This document shows, piece after piece, positions 12,740 through 26,907 of a stretch of 64,000 bases of DNA. A program made the position numbers and the translations under genes. How positions within the stretch are numbered: the stretch's first letter is position 1; each line of letters opens with the position of its first letter. The DNA comes from Octopus vulgaris. Lineage: Eukaryota. The DNA lies in the NCBI GenBank assembly GCA_951406725.2, contig OX597825.1, positions 38,316,001 to 38,380,000 of the forward strand, read 5' to 3'. The notes beneath the pieces are model-generated. The model had not been told where the DNA came from and made no database searches. It saw only the letters and a program-made list of their open reading frames with translations.

Positions 12740-15549
12740 TAAACAACCACACAAAACATGCTCTTAGATATTATAAAACTGTTCTAATTTTAATACATTT
12801 GTCATATGAAGATGTTACAGAATGAAGTAGGAACAATAACAAATGCTTACCCTTTATGATGCTCGCATCAAGCTTTCATACTAATTATGGCCCAGCTTTT
12901 GTAAAAGAAATTGTTTTTCGTTACAAAGTTAAAGATAATAGCACTCAAAAATATACCTGTATTTATCTTTATTGAGAAGAAGCGAACTGATATTTCACCA
13001 CATCATGATTTAGCCAGCGTATGTCATTATTTTTGAAAGGAAAAGATAGCCATGTTTGAATCTAACTCAAATGGTGCATCGCAAACATAAGTAAAATTTA
13101 GTATGAACCTGGAATAAAACGCTATCAAATGTTTAATCACAGAGATAAAATATTGGCTGCCATTTCTTAACATTCAAAATTTGAAATTTAAAATCGAAAA
13201 TAGAACAAAAATAGGATTTCTGATATAAACCAAAGAGTTCTTTAGATATAAAGAAGGCATCACGTTCTATTTAATTGTTAACTATACCAGTATGTCATGC
13301 GGTAAGAAATTTAGAGCTTCGAAGTCTTTGTTGCAAGGTATGCTTTCTGGCAATAGGTTGCCTGCATATAGAGCTTTCGATATTTATTCTCAATGCCATC
13401 AGAATTGTACAATTGATTAAGTGAATGTTGTTTAAATCATATTATCCGTAAAATCTACAATTCACCATCACTCGTCGGAGAAGTTGCTTTATATGCAAAT
13501 ATTTATTGGCGGATAGGCGTAAATAAATCTCATTCATTTCAAATGTTTCTTTTGAATAGCCTTATATCACCCTGTCCAACCCACATACTACATATTTCTG
13601 TCAAAGTAACATATTGGTTAATTCGTGTTCCTGTTAATTCTGTCAGGGATCAGGGTCATTCTCATCGCTTACACACGTGGGAATAAATTTCCTAGAATGA
13701 GACAGTTAATATTCACTTTAAAATTTTGTAGGTCGATGGTACAATAAAATATATATGTGCGTGCACGGAATTTCAGTTGACACGTAGTTCAAAGAAGAAA
13801 GTCGTGCGCAGAACGTTTAACGCAATATATAAATGTCGTACATAAAATATAAGTGACAAGAAGTGCACTCAGATTTTTTGCAGTGTCCAAAAATTAGATG
13901 TAGGCGTATAACCAATTACACTGGGCTTTGGTCCCTAAAGTGCTGTGCAAAATCCAGCTAGGTAAAGAGTTATTTTGTGATGCAAGGATTGGTATGCGGT
14001 AGTGTCTTCCTTTCAAACTGATGAACTTTTTTTTTTATTATATGAGGAGCAAGGCTAAATATGTTTAAGCAGCAGCAAATTGTGGATGGGTAAATCAGAG
14101 CAAGGTTGATGGTTAAGAGATATTAATGAATGAAGAATTTGCTGGGTGTAAATAGAAAATCATTATGTTGTATAATTTTTTATACTTTGGAAGTTCAATC
14201 TGGAGGATTAGTCTTCATTGGTTCTAAAGCTAGCATTTAAAACAGTCATTTGACTTCATGTTGCGTACTCATTTTGGCTAAAGTGTCGGGGAGAGGTGAT
14301 ATTATCATATATGACACGCATATATGTATTCGTAACTAGTAAAATATAGATCTAATTTCCAGTTAATTTAAGTACATATAGATACACAAATAAAATTTGA
14401 TATGTATATGTATGTAGACACATATAAATGTACACGAATAGAGAGTCTGACACACGCATTGGCACTCAAGCTGCCAGCTTTTTATCTTTCACTGAAAGAA
14501 AAATAGATACATCAACAAATTGCACATTATAGTCAACATTATAACCTATAGAATATATGAAAATTCGCACGAAAGTTTGTAGTTGTTTAGTTTCGAATTT
14601 CGGTAAATATTTATACAACAATTCGTCGATTATATTTCCCAATGCCTATCATTTCCTGTATAAGAAGCATTAACAACACTAACATAAATTAGAAAATGAC
14701 AAGTTCTTCCAGGCCTCAAAAATGGAAATTGGAGTCAAGAAAGCAGTAGTATCGGAAGGAAAAAGGTGTGAAAGTGATAGTCAGAGAAAATATCAGGAAA
14801 ATCGATTTAAAAAATATATAGTGAAGATATTTTAAAGTCGGAGGAAAAAATTGAATTCATTGAGCTTTCCGTTTGGAATTTCTATTAACTATGTTACATT
14901 TTCTATCATTTGGTTCTATCAACACACATAATACAATTTATCTTGAAGAATGATCCACACTGAACTTTATAATAATCGTGTACAAGAGAATAATATTTTT
15001 TATGCTTGTGCAACTTCGGTTCATTATTGATTGCATAACCTTTCTTATTTAGGATTGTTGATGGACCGACATTCGCATATATATATATATACATATATAT
15101 AGCTAAATATATACATATTCATGTATATACATATATAAGTAGGAACATGTATATATGTGTGTGTGTTTATAAGGATGTGTACCGAATGTATTATGTATAT
15201 GCAAGCAGTGTTAAATCAGTATAAAATGGTTAGAAATGCGATTATTTTTTAGTATTGAAAACCTGTTGAGGATTGAATGGTAGATTACTATTTTAAATAA
15301 AGTATTTTGTGTAGCTGCGGGGAAAATCAGCAGCTATTATCATATATGTTTCCAAAACATTTGAAACAAATCTCTGATGTACTGTCACCGGCCATTAGTA
15401 AAAACAGCTGATTTGGATATTTAGATATGAATATTATTATTGTGCGAACTTCTGAGTGTCCGATAACTTCTAACGTCAAATAAGCATATGATTCATTTAT
15501 ATGAAAGCGTGTACACCGCGTGTCTATATGCACGTATCTACATACCTTT

Positions 15550-15550
<1 letters not shown>

Positions 15551-15634
<84 letters not shown>

Positions 15635-15731
15635 AATCAATCTATCTATCTATCCGTCTGGCTGCCTGTTTGTCTATCTATCTATGGACCTATCTACCTG
15701 TCTATCTATCTAACTATGCATCTATCTATCT
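15551..15731. repeat. (TATC)n microsatellite
   Basis: Direct run with a degenerating 3' part. Confidence 0.97.
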
Positions 15732-16174
15732 ATAATATATTACTCCAACCACGCCAAATATATTTACTAAATCGGACGTGCTGTAGGCGCTAATGCGATA
15801 ATTTGTTCATTCTTCAGGGATCATCTGCCCAGCAACTAAATAGGATTAATATATCATGCTACAACATGTATTAAATGCGATAAACTCTTTTCGCAAAATA
15901 CATGATACCACAGATTCCATTCATAGAGGGGTGAGCTACCTAATAATAACCTTCGGACCGCTGGTCCTAAGAGCAAAATAAGAAACTGTGTGGGATTTAG
16001 AACAATAACATCCCCTAAAAAATCTTCAGAAATAGAGGCCTAACAATTCCAAGCCATCTTCAATTTCTATCATTTTCATATCTCTCTAGTCTACTCTTCA
16101 TACTTGACAAGATATGTTTGTCCTTCCGGCCAGCTATGCTTGTAGGAGTTTGGTGCTGAGTTAAACTACCATTG

Positions 16175-16234
<60 letters not shown>

Positions 16235-16568
16235 GTATGTAGGTATGCATTTATGTATTGAAATAGATTTTCCTTGGAGTAAAAATCATGAACTATTAGT
16301 CTTCCTTTGTCCTTCCGATCATAAGTAAAAAAGCATATATTATTATTCAGATTCATGTTGTAGTTGATCTGACGACAAGTGACATAAGAGAAAGTAGTGG
16401 AAGTTAGTTTGAGGCATAGCATCTCGTGAAATCTGGTAACAACGTCGTTAGATACAATAGAACAAGATTGAACAGCTCAAAGAGAAAAAGATAGGTAAAC
16501 ATTGGAACGGTTCGACGTTCTGTCTTCAGAAGGTGCAGTAAAATTCGGATTTTTTCTATTCAGAGGAC

Positions 16569-16653
<85 letters not shown>

Positions 16654-17250
16654 TTGCGTGTGTGTGTGTATAAATCGCATATACATGCATCGGTACACAG
16701 ACGTGCACGCGCACACACATTACACACATATATAGGTGTGCGCTCGTATGTGTATACAAGCGTGTATATACTCTCATATATGCATAGATAATAGCTAGAG
16801 TGGATGAAATGTTATCAACTGCATATATCTGAAAATGACGTTTTCAAAGGAAAGCAATATTTCACTTGTCAGATTCTTATATTTTGTTTTGCCTACACTA
16901 ATCTTTATGTACGTATGTCTGTGGACAAAGAATGTATCACGCAATGATAGAATTGATGTGGTAAGCCGAATACGGATTTTAAATGCTACCTGTCAAAATT
17001 TAGCAAAATGACGCATACACCTGAAAGAGACTATATTATATATAGCTTAATACGCATACGTATATATAAATTATAATATGTATACACACATATATTTGCA
17101 ATTATAGACATGCCTACGTATACATATATGAATGCACCCTTGTCTATGTATGTATGCATGTATGTGTGTATTGATCTATTTATCTGGCTCTCTGTCTCTC
17201 TCTCAAACGCTCTCTGTCTCTCTCTCTCGATATACATATATATATATATA

Positions 17251-17402
17251 GGCGTAGGAGTTGCTGCGTGGTAAGTAGGCGTAGGAGTGGCTATGTGGTA
17301 AGTAGCCTGCTTACCAACCACTTTGTTCCGAGTTTAGTCCCACTGCGTGGCACTATGGGCAAGTGTCTTGGGCCGACCACATGTGAGTGGATTTGGTAGA
17401 CG
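17251..17402 (+). mobile_element. SINE family A 5' part with duplicated head
   Basis: ggcgtaggagttgctgcgtggtaagta is followed directly by ggcgtaggagtggctatgtggtaagta. Confidence 0.88.
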
Positions 17403-17460
17403 TAGCTCACCCTCGTAACTATTTATACACCATAGATGTATGTATATGTGTGGATGCGTG

Positions 17461-17492
<32 letters not shown>

Positions 17493-17670
17493 TAAAGCAA
17501 AACATATGCATATATACATACATATATGTACGTACCTACCTATGAAGGTAGTCATACTTCAATACCCACAGTTTATATATACACAGGTAGAATAAGTAGT
17601 GTTTTCAGTAGGCCGTTATCTAGACGTATCTATTTATCTATATACATATCTATCTATCTATCTATCTATA

Positions 17671-17739
<69 letters not shown>

Positions 17740-17741
17740 CG

Positions 17742-17801
<60 letters not shown>

Positions 17802-17804
17802 AGA

Positions 17805-19700
17805 TGAGTGAACTTTTTACCTTGTTAACAATTAACACGGAAAAAATAAATAAATAGTTACCAGGGCAGCAAAAATCTCACAAGTAAAGGTGTTGTAACT
17901 CCTTGTTTATAAAGGTAGAAACTTCGTGTTTACGTTGAGTATTTTGAATAATATGAATAAAAAATGGAGTTAACGCAGGTGTAATCAAATATTTTTACTT
18001 TCGACACAGGTTTCGAAAATTCCACTGATACTATTCAAAAGAATAAATGGTATAAACAATGCAATCTTCTCCTCAGGAAAGTAAAAAAAAACGAAACTCG
18101 TCAATAAGACATTTTAGCAAAAAATGATGGATTTGGATAACGATAGACAGAACGCTATTAATATTGTTTCAAAAAATCGTTATATGATATAATGTCATAA
18201 GTAGCTAACAGAAACAGTAGGGATATTAATAGTGAATGTTAAATATAAAGGAAATTAAAGCTTAAATTATATGGTTTGATATGTTATGGTAGAAAACTTG
18301 CATGGCCTCATTATTACTCCTGTATGGATGCATGGATGTCCTAACCGATCAGGTTGTCAGAGTAATTCTTCCGCGTGCAGCGTTAAATTATTTTTAAAAT
18401 CTCTAAAGTGTAGGCTGTTCCCTCTCCATATTGTCATCCTTCTTTACTTATCCGGTGTAATCATTTAATACATTTACATATAATTTAGTCTGATTTGTTG
18501 TTTCCGGTGTTGTTTCCGTTCTATTGAGTTAAAGATGGATACTGAGAAATGTATTAATTTATTGAAAGGGAAAGTAACTTGCATGTATTTTATGAGGAAC
18601 ATTTTACGCTTTTCAGTGTCAGCCCATTATTATATATAGTAATTAAGTTTATAGTTTTTGTATCAACAGTGGAATAAAGAACTTGTTTTGTCTCATTGAT
18701 ATTATCGTGTCTGTGTTCTGTCATTGTATTCACTGTAGATCGAGTTGAATGCAACAATATTATTGGGTGATGAAATTCATATGACATTCATAGAAACTAA
18801 AGTGTTGGATTCATTTGCAATTGAAATTATTTCGCGTAGGTTATGCACTTTGCAAAAATGCGTGCATTCTTGCGGACTGTGCCAGGCTTGCATGTTTTGT
18901 TAATATAAGATATAATTTCTTTTATTATTATAGGTTTTCCAGTTTAATATTCCCCAATCCATTTACTTCAATTTCAAAGTACTTATATTTTTTAGAGATT
19001 CATCATTATTTTCAGGAAAGTTTGATTAGATACGAACGTGATCTATCAGTATGAAGTATTAATGTGATCCCATCACTTGATATAGCTAGGCTATAGATGA
19101 TTGTGGACCCATCAATCTCATGATCCGAATGGGGTGCATATTAACACCACATTTTTAAATTTTGAAGTCGAAGATTTACTCTCCTGGGAGGTGATCACAG
19201 CTGCCTACACGATTTTCTTCGCATATATCAAACTTGATAAGAATCACGCAGCAACAGATGATATAGTCATCGTTATAAGAACAGGGTTTGCATAGTCTAT
19301 TCTTGATAGCAACATTTCTTCAAATATGTAGTCTTCTTTGGCTAAAGCATAGGTTTTGTGCTGTTCGTCATACGTTTTCTGCTTCTAGCTCAGAGATTTA
19401 CGACGTTTTTCAATTTGTACTTTCATTGAGCTTTCCTTCAAGTTGATTGATGTTATCTGTGGAGAGAATATTTTGAAGTCGATTCTCACGATGGAATTCG
19501 ATATTTTGTTTTCAAATAAATTATAATTTGATTTAACGTAAAATTTATTTTAGTAGCTTAACATTGCCTTATATGTAAGAAAGATATCAAATGTGATTTG
19601 TGCTTTTCAGAGCTTTTTTGTAGTTGTACTGTAGTTTCTAGTCGAATTTCACTTGATCAGATTCTTACTTGTTATGTGCAAGATATGGTTTATAAATTTT
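17805..19700 (-). mobile_element. Highly degraded PLE with 3' pLTR carrying an HHR
   Basis: The minus strand shows weak RT thumb/linker and GIY-YIG-like remnants (18330-19100), upstream of a well-formed HHR at 17992-18087. Confidence 0.6.
17992..18087 (-). ncRNA. Type I hammerhead ribozyme with intact core and long stem II
   Basis: tttttactttc CTGAGGA [gaagattgcattg..cagtggaattttc] GAAA c ctgt g TC gaaagtaaaaa: 11-bp stem I, all core bases present, GUC triplet. Confidence 0.88.
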
Positions 19701-20004
19701 AGAGAGCTGACTTTGTAAATCTCTGTGCCTAAGCTTATGTTATAAGCTGCGGAATTGAGGTTACATTTGCTTATACAAAAATCATTGTTCACACATACAC
19801 AGGAACACTCACATGCACTCACACACGTACACGAAAACACATACATGCTCGCATGCACATACACGCTGGAACGCACACATACAAACATATACACACATAT
19901 ATGTAAACGTCTTCATAAACGTTCGCATACATAGGCACTAAAATACGTAGAAATGTATAAATGCATATATGCATTTATATATTCATTTATAATATATATA
20001 TTAT

Positions 20005-20060
20005 AAATGGCGGTGCCCCAGCATGGCCACAGCTCATTTGCTGAAACTAGAAAAATCAAA
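20005..20060 (+). mobile_element. SINE A / partner-LINE 3' tail fragment
   Basis: ggcggtgccccagcatggccacagctc..ctgaaac. Confidence 0.7.
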
Positions 20061-20088
20061 ATCAAAATCAAATCATATATATATATAT

Positions 20089-20123
<35 letters not shown>

Positions 20124-20688
20124 AAATAGTGAAGAATAATCAATCGAGACAAAATACTTAATTATTAATTTTAACTTGCTTCACACACACGCGTGTGTGT
20201 GTGCGCGCGATTGTAGTAGTATATAGTTAGCTAGATCGCTAGAAACATATTATACTATCCGCATTGGAAATACGTTCCCAAGAATGTGATAATAAGGATA
20301 GAACGAGTACATGTACGTTGCTGAAAAACAGATTTAAGCAATTTAAACAATTTTGCCTGACGTTACAATGACAATATTTTACAGTCGGCAAATTTTTCTG
20401 ATGAACTTTACGGGAATATTTTTCTGAAGTGCTTGCATTATACTTTTATTTATGTTGAAGTACATGTCTTGCAGACGTTTCATACAGATAGATATATATA
20501 CATATCCATATGTATGTATGTCTGTATGATGTAGGTTTGTATGTATGCATGTATGTATGTATTGATGTATGTATTTGTGTATGTATATGTGTATATATCT
20601 ATCTATCGCTATATCTATCTATCGATATTTCTAATTATCAATATATCTCTCTATATGCATATATGTATATATATACGTGTATATATAA

Positions 20689-20742
<54 letters not shown>

Positions 20743-20749
20743 CTATATA

Positions 20750-20809
<60 letters not shown>

Positions 20810-21239
20810 TATATACATCGATATATATGTGTATGGTGTGTGTAGGGCGTGTGGGGGGTGCGCGCGTGTGTGTTTGTATGGGTAATATTGATGTGATAAT
20901 TACTATAGAATTATAGAATGCTGAAAGAAAAGTACTTAATGCCGAGTCACAGAACTATGAAGTTATAATACTTAAAGAATGCACTTATTTCACTTAATCT
21001 TTAATGGTATTTTTGTACTTTTATGGCCAGGAACAAACTCCTTAATTATCACATTTCCGTGACTTTCTACACTTGTTGACCACTTCTGAGTTTATACCTC
21101 ATTTTTATTTTATACATTTCTGTATGCGTAGTTGATTAACGTGTGAATCAGTGCAGCTGTTTCTTTTTAAAATTTTGTTTGTGAATTCGATTCTTATTTA
21201 AAGATTTCTTTCATTATATATACTGCCATAACCATTATA

Positions 21240-21430
21240 CATCGTCGTCATTTATCATCATCCTTATCATCATTATCGTATTTCTCGTTGTGATCGTCAT
21301 CATCGTCATCGTCATCAACATTACCAACGTCATCATCATCAACATTACCAACACTACCATCTCTGCCAACATCATCATCATTATCACCAAAACCACCACC
21401 ACCAATATGATCATCGTCATCATTATCGTA
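21240..21430. repeat. Degenerate (CAT)n trinucleotide repeat
   Basis: CAT/CGT/CAA/CAC run. Confidence 0.9.
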
Positions 21431-21529
21431 GAAAGTATGGTTAGATGAAGCATTCGCTTTTGAAAACATCTAGGAGTTGGTGAAGGCTCTCTTTATTAAT
21501 CTTCGATTGACAAAATGAATAAATGCAAG

Positions 21530-21660
21530 GTGCTACTCGTGGCTGTGTGGTAAGAATATTGCTTTCAAGCCACATGGGCAGGTGTCTTCTACTATAACCT
21601 CGGGCCAACGAAATCTTTGCGATTGGATTTGGTAGAGAGAAACTAAAAGAATACTAACGA
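21530..21660 (+). mobile_element. SINE family A 5' part, diverged
   Basis: gtggctgtgtggtaag..gggcaggtgtcttctactata..ggatttggtagagagaaac. Confidence 0.8.
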
Positions 21661-21727
21661 ATATATATATATATATAATTATACATACACACACACACAC
21701 ACGCATATATATATATATATATATATA

Positions 21728-23109
21728 CAGTCTTGGCGAAAAGTATTAGTCCACCCAAATGTTTTGAGGTTATGCTATCTCAATGTTAATGAAACTTGTG
21801 CACATGGTAGGTTATGGTATATTTCACAATATACATTACTTTTAATATCTGGTTGACCCTCTTTTAGCATCAATTACCTTTTTTCTACTGTACATATGCA
21901 ACTAATTATGAGTAAGACCAACGTCCAAAATTAACTTATGTTTCCTTTATTATTTCAGAATTTTATGCTAAAATACATCGTAGGTATAGTTAATAAACAG
22001 TAAAATGCATAAAACAAGGTAGTTGAGTGAGTGTGAGCGAGGTCAAATCGTAGCTCATCATGAAGATGGAATGTCTCAAATACAAATTGCTCAGAAGATG
22101 AAATGTTTGCGTTGCAAACGACTCTCAAACTCTTAAGAGAGATAAAAGACGTGAAGACAATACAAAGGACAGGCAGAAAAAAAGGTTACATCACTGTGAG
22201 GACTTCAACAAGGCAAATACCTCACAAATATTACCTAGAACTGTTAGAAGAAGGCTTGAACAGTACGTTCTGAAAGGCTATAAAGCCAGGAAGAACCCAT
22301 TTGGTTCTGAAGCGAATATGGAAAAACGTCTTCAGTAGGCCAAATCCCACTCAAATTGGAACAGTTAGCAACGGTCAAAAGTCATATGGTCTGATGAAAG
22401 TAACTATGAGTTAAGATAGTACATGTATTCAATCAACATATAAAATTAATGAAACTGCTTTGTTGCCCAAAATATATATAAAAAATATCCAACATGAAGT
22501 TAATATTATTTGTTAAGTTTTTACTCAGGTTTTCGGTACATTTGGTGCAATTTTAGTGCATTGCAGAGTTGGGAAGCATTTAAGGCTGAACGTCTTGTGC
22601 CAACCGTAAAACATGGGAGTGGTTCTATCATGGTGTGGGCCTGCATGTCTGCCATAGGACCTCGAGAAATGTTTTTATGTTGGGGAAGGATAAATTCAGC
22701 TATCTATGTTTCTATGTTAGATGTTTTAGAGCCTTCGATTCCTGAATTGCATCCAGGAGTGTCGAAAAACAGCATTATCTTTCAACAGGACAACGTTCCA
22801 TGTCATATAGCAAAGAATACTCATCAAAGTCCCGCTCTAAATCCAATTGAACATCTACGGGAACTCTTGGTGAAGCTATCAGGAACACAACAATTAAAAA
22901 TAAAGAGCATTTCTAACAAAGGTTGAGAGAAAAATGGAGTAACATTGTGCCTAAGACCTGCAAGAAGCTAGTTGATTCAATGCTTAACCGTATAAAAGCG
23001 GGATTGATGCTAAAGGAGGGGCAGCCAGATATTAAAACTAATGTATATAGTGAAATATTCCATAGTGTACTGTGTAATAGCAGAAACCCAAAATATTGGA
23101 GTGGCCTAA
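21728..23109 (+). mobile_element. Tc1-family DNA transposon, inactivated
   Basis: Starts TA|CAGT. The left TIR part attagtccacccaaatgttttgaggttatgctat is mirrored at about 23076-23109. Transposase motifs LSECERGQIV, KVIWSDES, PTVKHGSGSIMVWACM, FQQDNVPCH and SPALNPIEHL carry stops and frameshifts. Confidence 0.93.
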
Positions 23110-23372
23110 TGTGTGTATGTATGTGTTTGTGTATGTGTTTGTATGTGTGTGTATGTATTTGCATCTGTGTTTGTCTTCCATCACTGCCTACCAAACAGTG
23201 TTGGTGTGTTTAGTTATCATAACAGCAATTCGGCAAAAGAGAGAGATAGAATATGTACCCGGCTTTAGTAAAAGCTCTGGGGTCGGTTCATTCGACAAAA
23301 AATCTTCAAGGTGGTGGCCCAGCATTGTCGTAGTCGACTGAATGAAGCACGCAACAAAATAAAAGAATAAAA
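23110..23372 (+). mobile_element. SINE family A 3' part
   Basis: cggcaaaagagagagatagaat..ggggtcggttcattcgac..ggtggccccagcat tail. Confidence 0.8.
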
Positions 23373-24249
23373 GTGTATCGTCAGTACTTCAACTATTATT
23401 AATATTAGTACCAAAGCTTGTAATCAGATTATGACAACTGCGCACGTGCTTGTGTTTTTACGTACATAATTATTCATCTGCACACTTGCGAATTGAATTG
23501 CAAACTTGAAAAGAAGGAATCTTGAATTTATCAGCTTTCAATTATATTAACCGTTAAATATTTGGTTGGTGCAAGCGAAAAAAGAATATCTTTAATGGAA
23601 GAATAAAATTTTCAATTAAAATCAAGACATTACGAACAATATTGATTTAATTCCAGGATACTGATGTACTGTGAAATTAAAGATGGAAACCATAATTATA
23701 TTATTGCAGAAAAATTAGAAATATGTAAAATTAATTGAAACACGAAATGTAGACATGCGTTTTCTATCTTATATTAAAAATATGTCAACCAAATTATTTT
23801 CGACTAAATATAAACAAAATTATTAAAAATCATGCTTTTTTTTAAATGTTTGCGTAGTATACAGTTGAGAATAGAAAACTGATTAGAGTGAAAATATTGG
23901 CAAGACATTTATTTTATCCTCGATACCGAATACATTTTGGGCGCGCAAGCTATGTGTTCCGGAGATATTTAATCCAAAACGAACATTTTTCGAAATATAA
24001 TACTGGGATACTGGAACACTATACATTCGTGTCCTCTCACGGAGATAGGTTGTGTCCAGTTCCATTGTTGTGTCAGCACCGATTTCACTGAGGAGACACA
24101 ATTTCATATCGAAACCGTAAGGTACGGAATTAAGTGCTATGTTTATTTCATTTGTCTAGCTCGTAAACATTTAACACAGATTTCGTGGTTTGGCGTCTAT
24201 TTTTAGCTTACAATGGATCCACATAGTGGTCTCTCATATTGTTTATGTA

Positions 24250-24470
24250 TATTCTTTTATTCTTTTGCATGTTTCAGTCATTTGACTGCGGCCATGCTGG
24301 AGCACCGCCTTTAGTCGAGCAAATCGACCCCATGACTTATACTTTGTAAGCCTAGTATTCATTCTCTCGGTGTCTTTTGCTGAACCACTAGGTTCCGGGG
24401 ACATAAAAACACCAGCAAGTGTTGTCAAGTGATGTTGGGGGACAAACACAGACATACAAACACACACACA
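24250..24470 (-). mobile_element. SINE family A 3' part
   Basis: gtttcagtcatttgactgcggccatgctggagcaccgcc, as at 12340. Confidence 0.9.
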
Positions 24471-25149
24471 TACCTACACACACGCACAAACACACACAAG
24501 CATAGACACACATATACTCACACAACGTATGGGGGTTTAGTTCATAGGTGATCTAAACGATTACGTGCACTAGGTACGTGGTCTAACGGATTACTAGGGC
24601 TCTAATGTTTTTGCCGAGATGGTAGTTATGGAGCCATTGCAGATTTTCGATGCAGTGGATATATAATTGTTAAACAGGACAGTAAACATTAAGGCAAGGC
24701 AAACATGTGAAGTCGTATATAATATTGAGATATTCCCGAGTACGGGATATTCCGTCATCAGTGACAAATACGGAAAAATAGGGAAAATGAGAATAGTATA
24801 TATTATTGATATGGCGACATACAGGAAGGGAGTAAAAGAATAAGGAGAGGTTGAGAAAGTAAAAGAAAAGCATAAACATTCACAGTTCAACTTCCCGATG
24901 TTATAGGAAAAAGAGCAAAAGAGATTAGGTGCAATCCTGCGTGGTTCCATGTGGATTAAAATCCCGATATAGTGTTGTCCGCGTGCGAAATCCAAACCGT
25001 CCTACTACGATCAGACAATCTCGCCTACCTAACACCTACACACACAACACTCGATCTACAGACACAAATACTAATACTAGACTTTCCAACTCTCCTCTAA
25101 CATTTACTAGAAATTACACCTCTCCTAACTTTCCTAATAAAAGCGGCGG

Positions 25150-25380
25150 AGGATCTATTATCTGGTATTCACCTCCATTCGCTTTAAACTTTATGGGCCT
25201 TGCTAAAGCATTCTTTAAAATAGCAGAATCCAGTTTCCCACGTAACCATAAGTACCATTCTATCTTTAACAGATCCACTTTGAAATTATCCTACTCATCT
25301 ACACCAAATATAGAATCTATTATCACATCATCTAATAAACGTAAACTTAGCTCTTACTACCTAAATACTTACAACCCTAC
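25150..25380 (+). mobile_element. PLE ORF fragment (region between RT and GIY-YIG) within low-complexity T/N-rich sequence
   Basis: IIWYSPPF..AFFKIAESSFPRNHKYHSIFNRSTLKLSYSSTPNIESII matches the PLE motif IIWFNPP..HKIFNRNT.KLSYS.MPNI. Confidence 0.8.
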
Positions 25381-25894
25381 CATAGACCTACACAATGAAA
25401 TCATTAACACCGATCGCAATAACATACTTAATACTCCTGGATCGAGCAGTGTAGACAACTTAATCATACATAATAAGGTCCCTAGCACGGAGAGCATTGG
25501 GCTCATAGCTCAAACCGACGCAAACACTAATAGGCACACTGATACTAACAATACTAATTACATTATAACCACAACAACTAATAATACATATACGTCAACT
25601 CGGAATAGGACTAGCAATAATATTGATACTAACACCCAAGGCAATATTACCAATACTGAAAATATTGCTATTAATAAGACTCCTACCATGAACACAACTA
25701 TTAACATCTGCAATAATAATATCACTAATACCACCTCCTCTACCACCGCTAATACTAACACTACAACCAATGATACTACTAGTGCCGCCTTACTGCTGCT
25801 GCAACTACTGTTACTGCAAATACTACTATTACTTGTAACACTAGTAACTAGCTGGACCTGTGAAAAATTCACGGAAAACATAAAAAATGTAAGC

Positions 25895-26050
25895 ATCTGT
25901 AAACAGTGTGCTGGTGCCATGAGAAATTTTTGTCTGTCTTTACGTTCTGAGTTCAAATTCTGCCGAGATCGACTGTGCCTTTCATTCTTTCGGGGTCGAT
26001 AAATTAAGTACCAGTTGTGTACTGGGGTCGATCTAATCAACTGGCCCACT
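25895..26050 (+). mobile_element. tRNA-derived SINE family B
   Basis: gagttcaaattc B box, then gactgtgcctttcattctttcggggtcgataaattaagtaccag. Confidence 0.88.
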
Positions 26051-26124
26051 CAGTTACACAAACGTAAACGGAAATACTATTTAACCTTAAAATACATCAT
26101 ACATATTCAAAGAAAATTTTTTTA

Positions 26125-26330
26125 TTATTCTTTTATTCTTTTACTTGTTTCAGTCATTTGACGATGGCCATGATGGAGCACCACCTTTTAGAAGAAATTT
26201 ACCCATGGACTTATTCCCTGTAAGCCTGGTGCTTATTCTTCAGGCGCTTCTGCTGAATGGCGAAATTACAAACGCACCATCATCGGTTGCCAAGCAATGG
26301 TGGTGGTGGGACAAACACAGACACAAACAC
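26125..26330 (-). mobile_element. SINE family A 3' part
   Basis: cttgtttcagtcatttgacgatggccatgatggagcaccacc. Confidence 0.85.
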
Positions 26331-26391
26331 ACATACATATATATATATACATACATGCATACATACATACATACATACATACATACATACA

Positions 26392-26464
<73 letters not shown>

Positions 26465-26475
26465 TATATAGAAGG

Positions 26476-26526
26476 AGCTTCTACAGGACTAGTACTGTTT
26501 CATTCAAGAGAAATCTTCAGGAAGCT
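26476..26526 (-). ncRNA. Type I hammerhead ribozyme (left arm)
   Basis: Exact reverse complement of 28586-28636. Confidence 0.85.
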
Positions 26527-26868
26527 ATTTAACAAGAATTGTATTAGCATTTATACATTTAGGCAGGTTTAAAGGAGTGGTGGTGGGGGACTTTTTGGGG
26601 GTAGGCATAGCGCAAAATATCATACTTGGGGGAGTGGTCAAGGAGTCAGTGGTAAGTTAGATGAAAGAATAGATAAATAAAAGAATAGATAAATAAAAAA
26701 ATATAAAAAAATAAAAAAATAAAAAAATAAAAAAATAAAAAGTATATATAAAAAATATATATATAAAAAATATATATATAAAAAAAGGGGGGATAGAGTT
26801 ATAGGTAAATAAGGAGATTCTCACTTATACCTATACACATATGTATACGTATCTACACACACACATAT

Positions 26869-26907
<39 letters not shown>

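Noticed and set aside
15920-16030. Possible RTE-like 5' UTR remnant
   Set aside because: Resemblance too weak and no adjoining ORF.
16500-16540. CTGAAGA..gaaccgtt on the minus strand
   Set aside because: Stem I does not pair and GAAA is broken.
21235-21469. Asp-rich and Met-rich ORFs
   Set aside because: Degenerate (CAT)n microsatellite.
24715-24765. CTGATGA plus hairpin on the minus strand
   Set aside because: No GAAA or closing stem I found; at best a very decayed HHR.
24929-26002. 357-aa ORF as a host gene
   Set aside because: Chimera of a PLE fragment, low-complexity T/N-rich DNA and a SINE.
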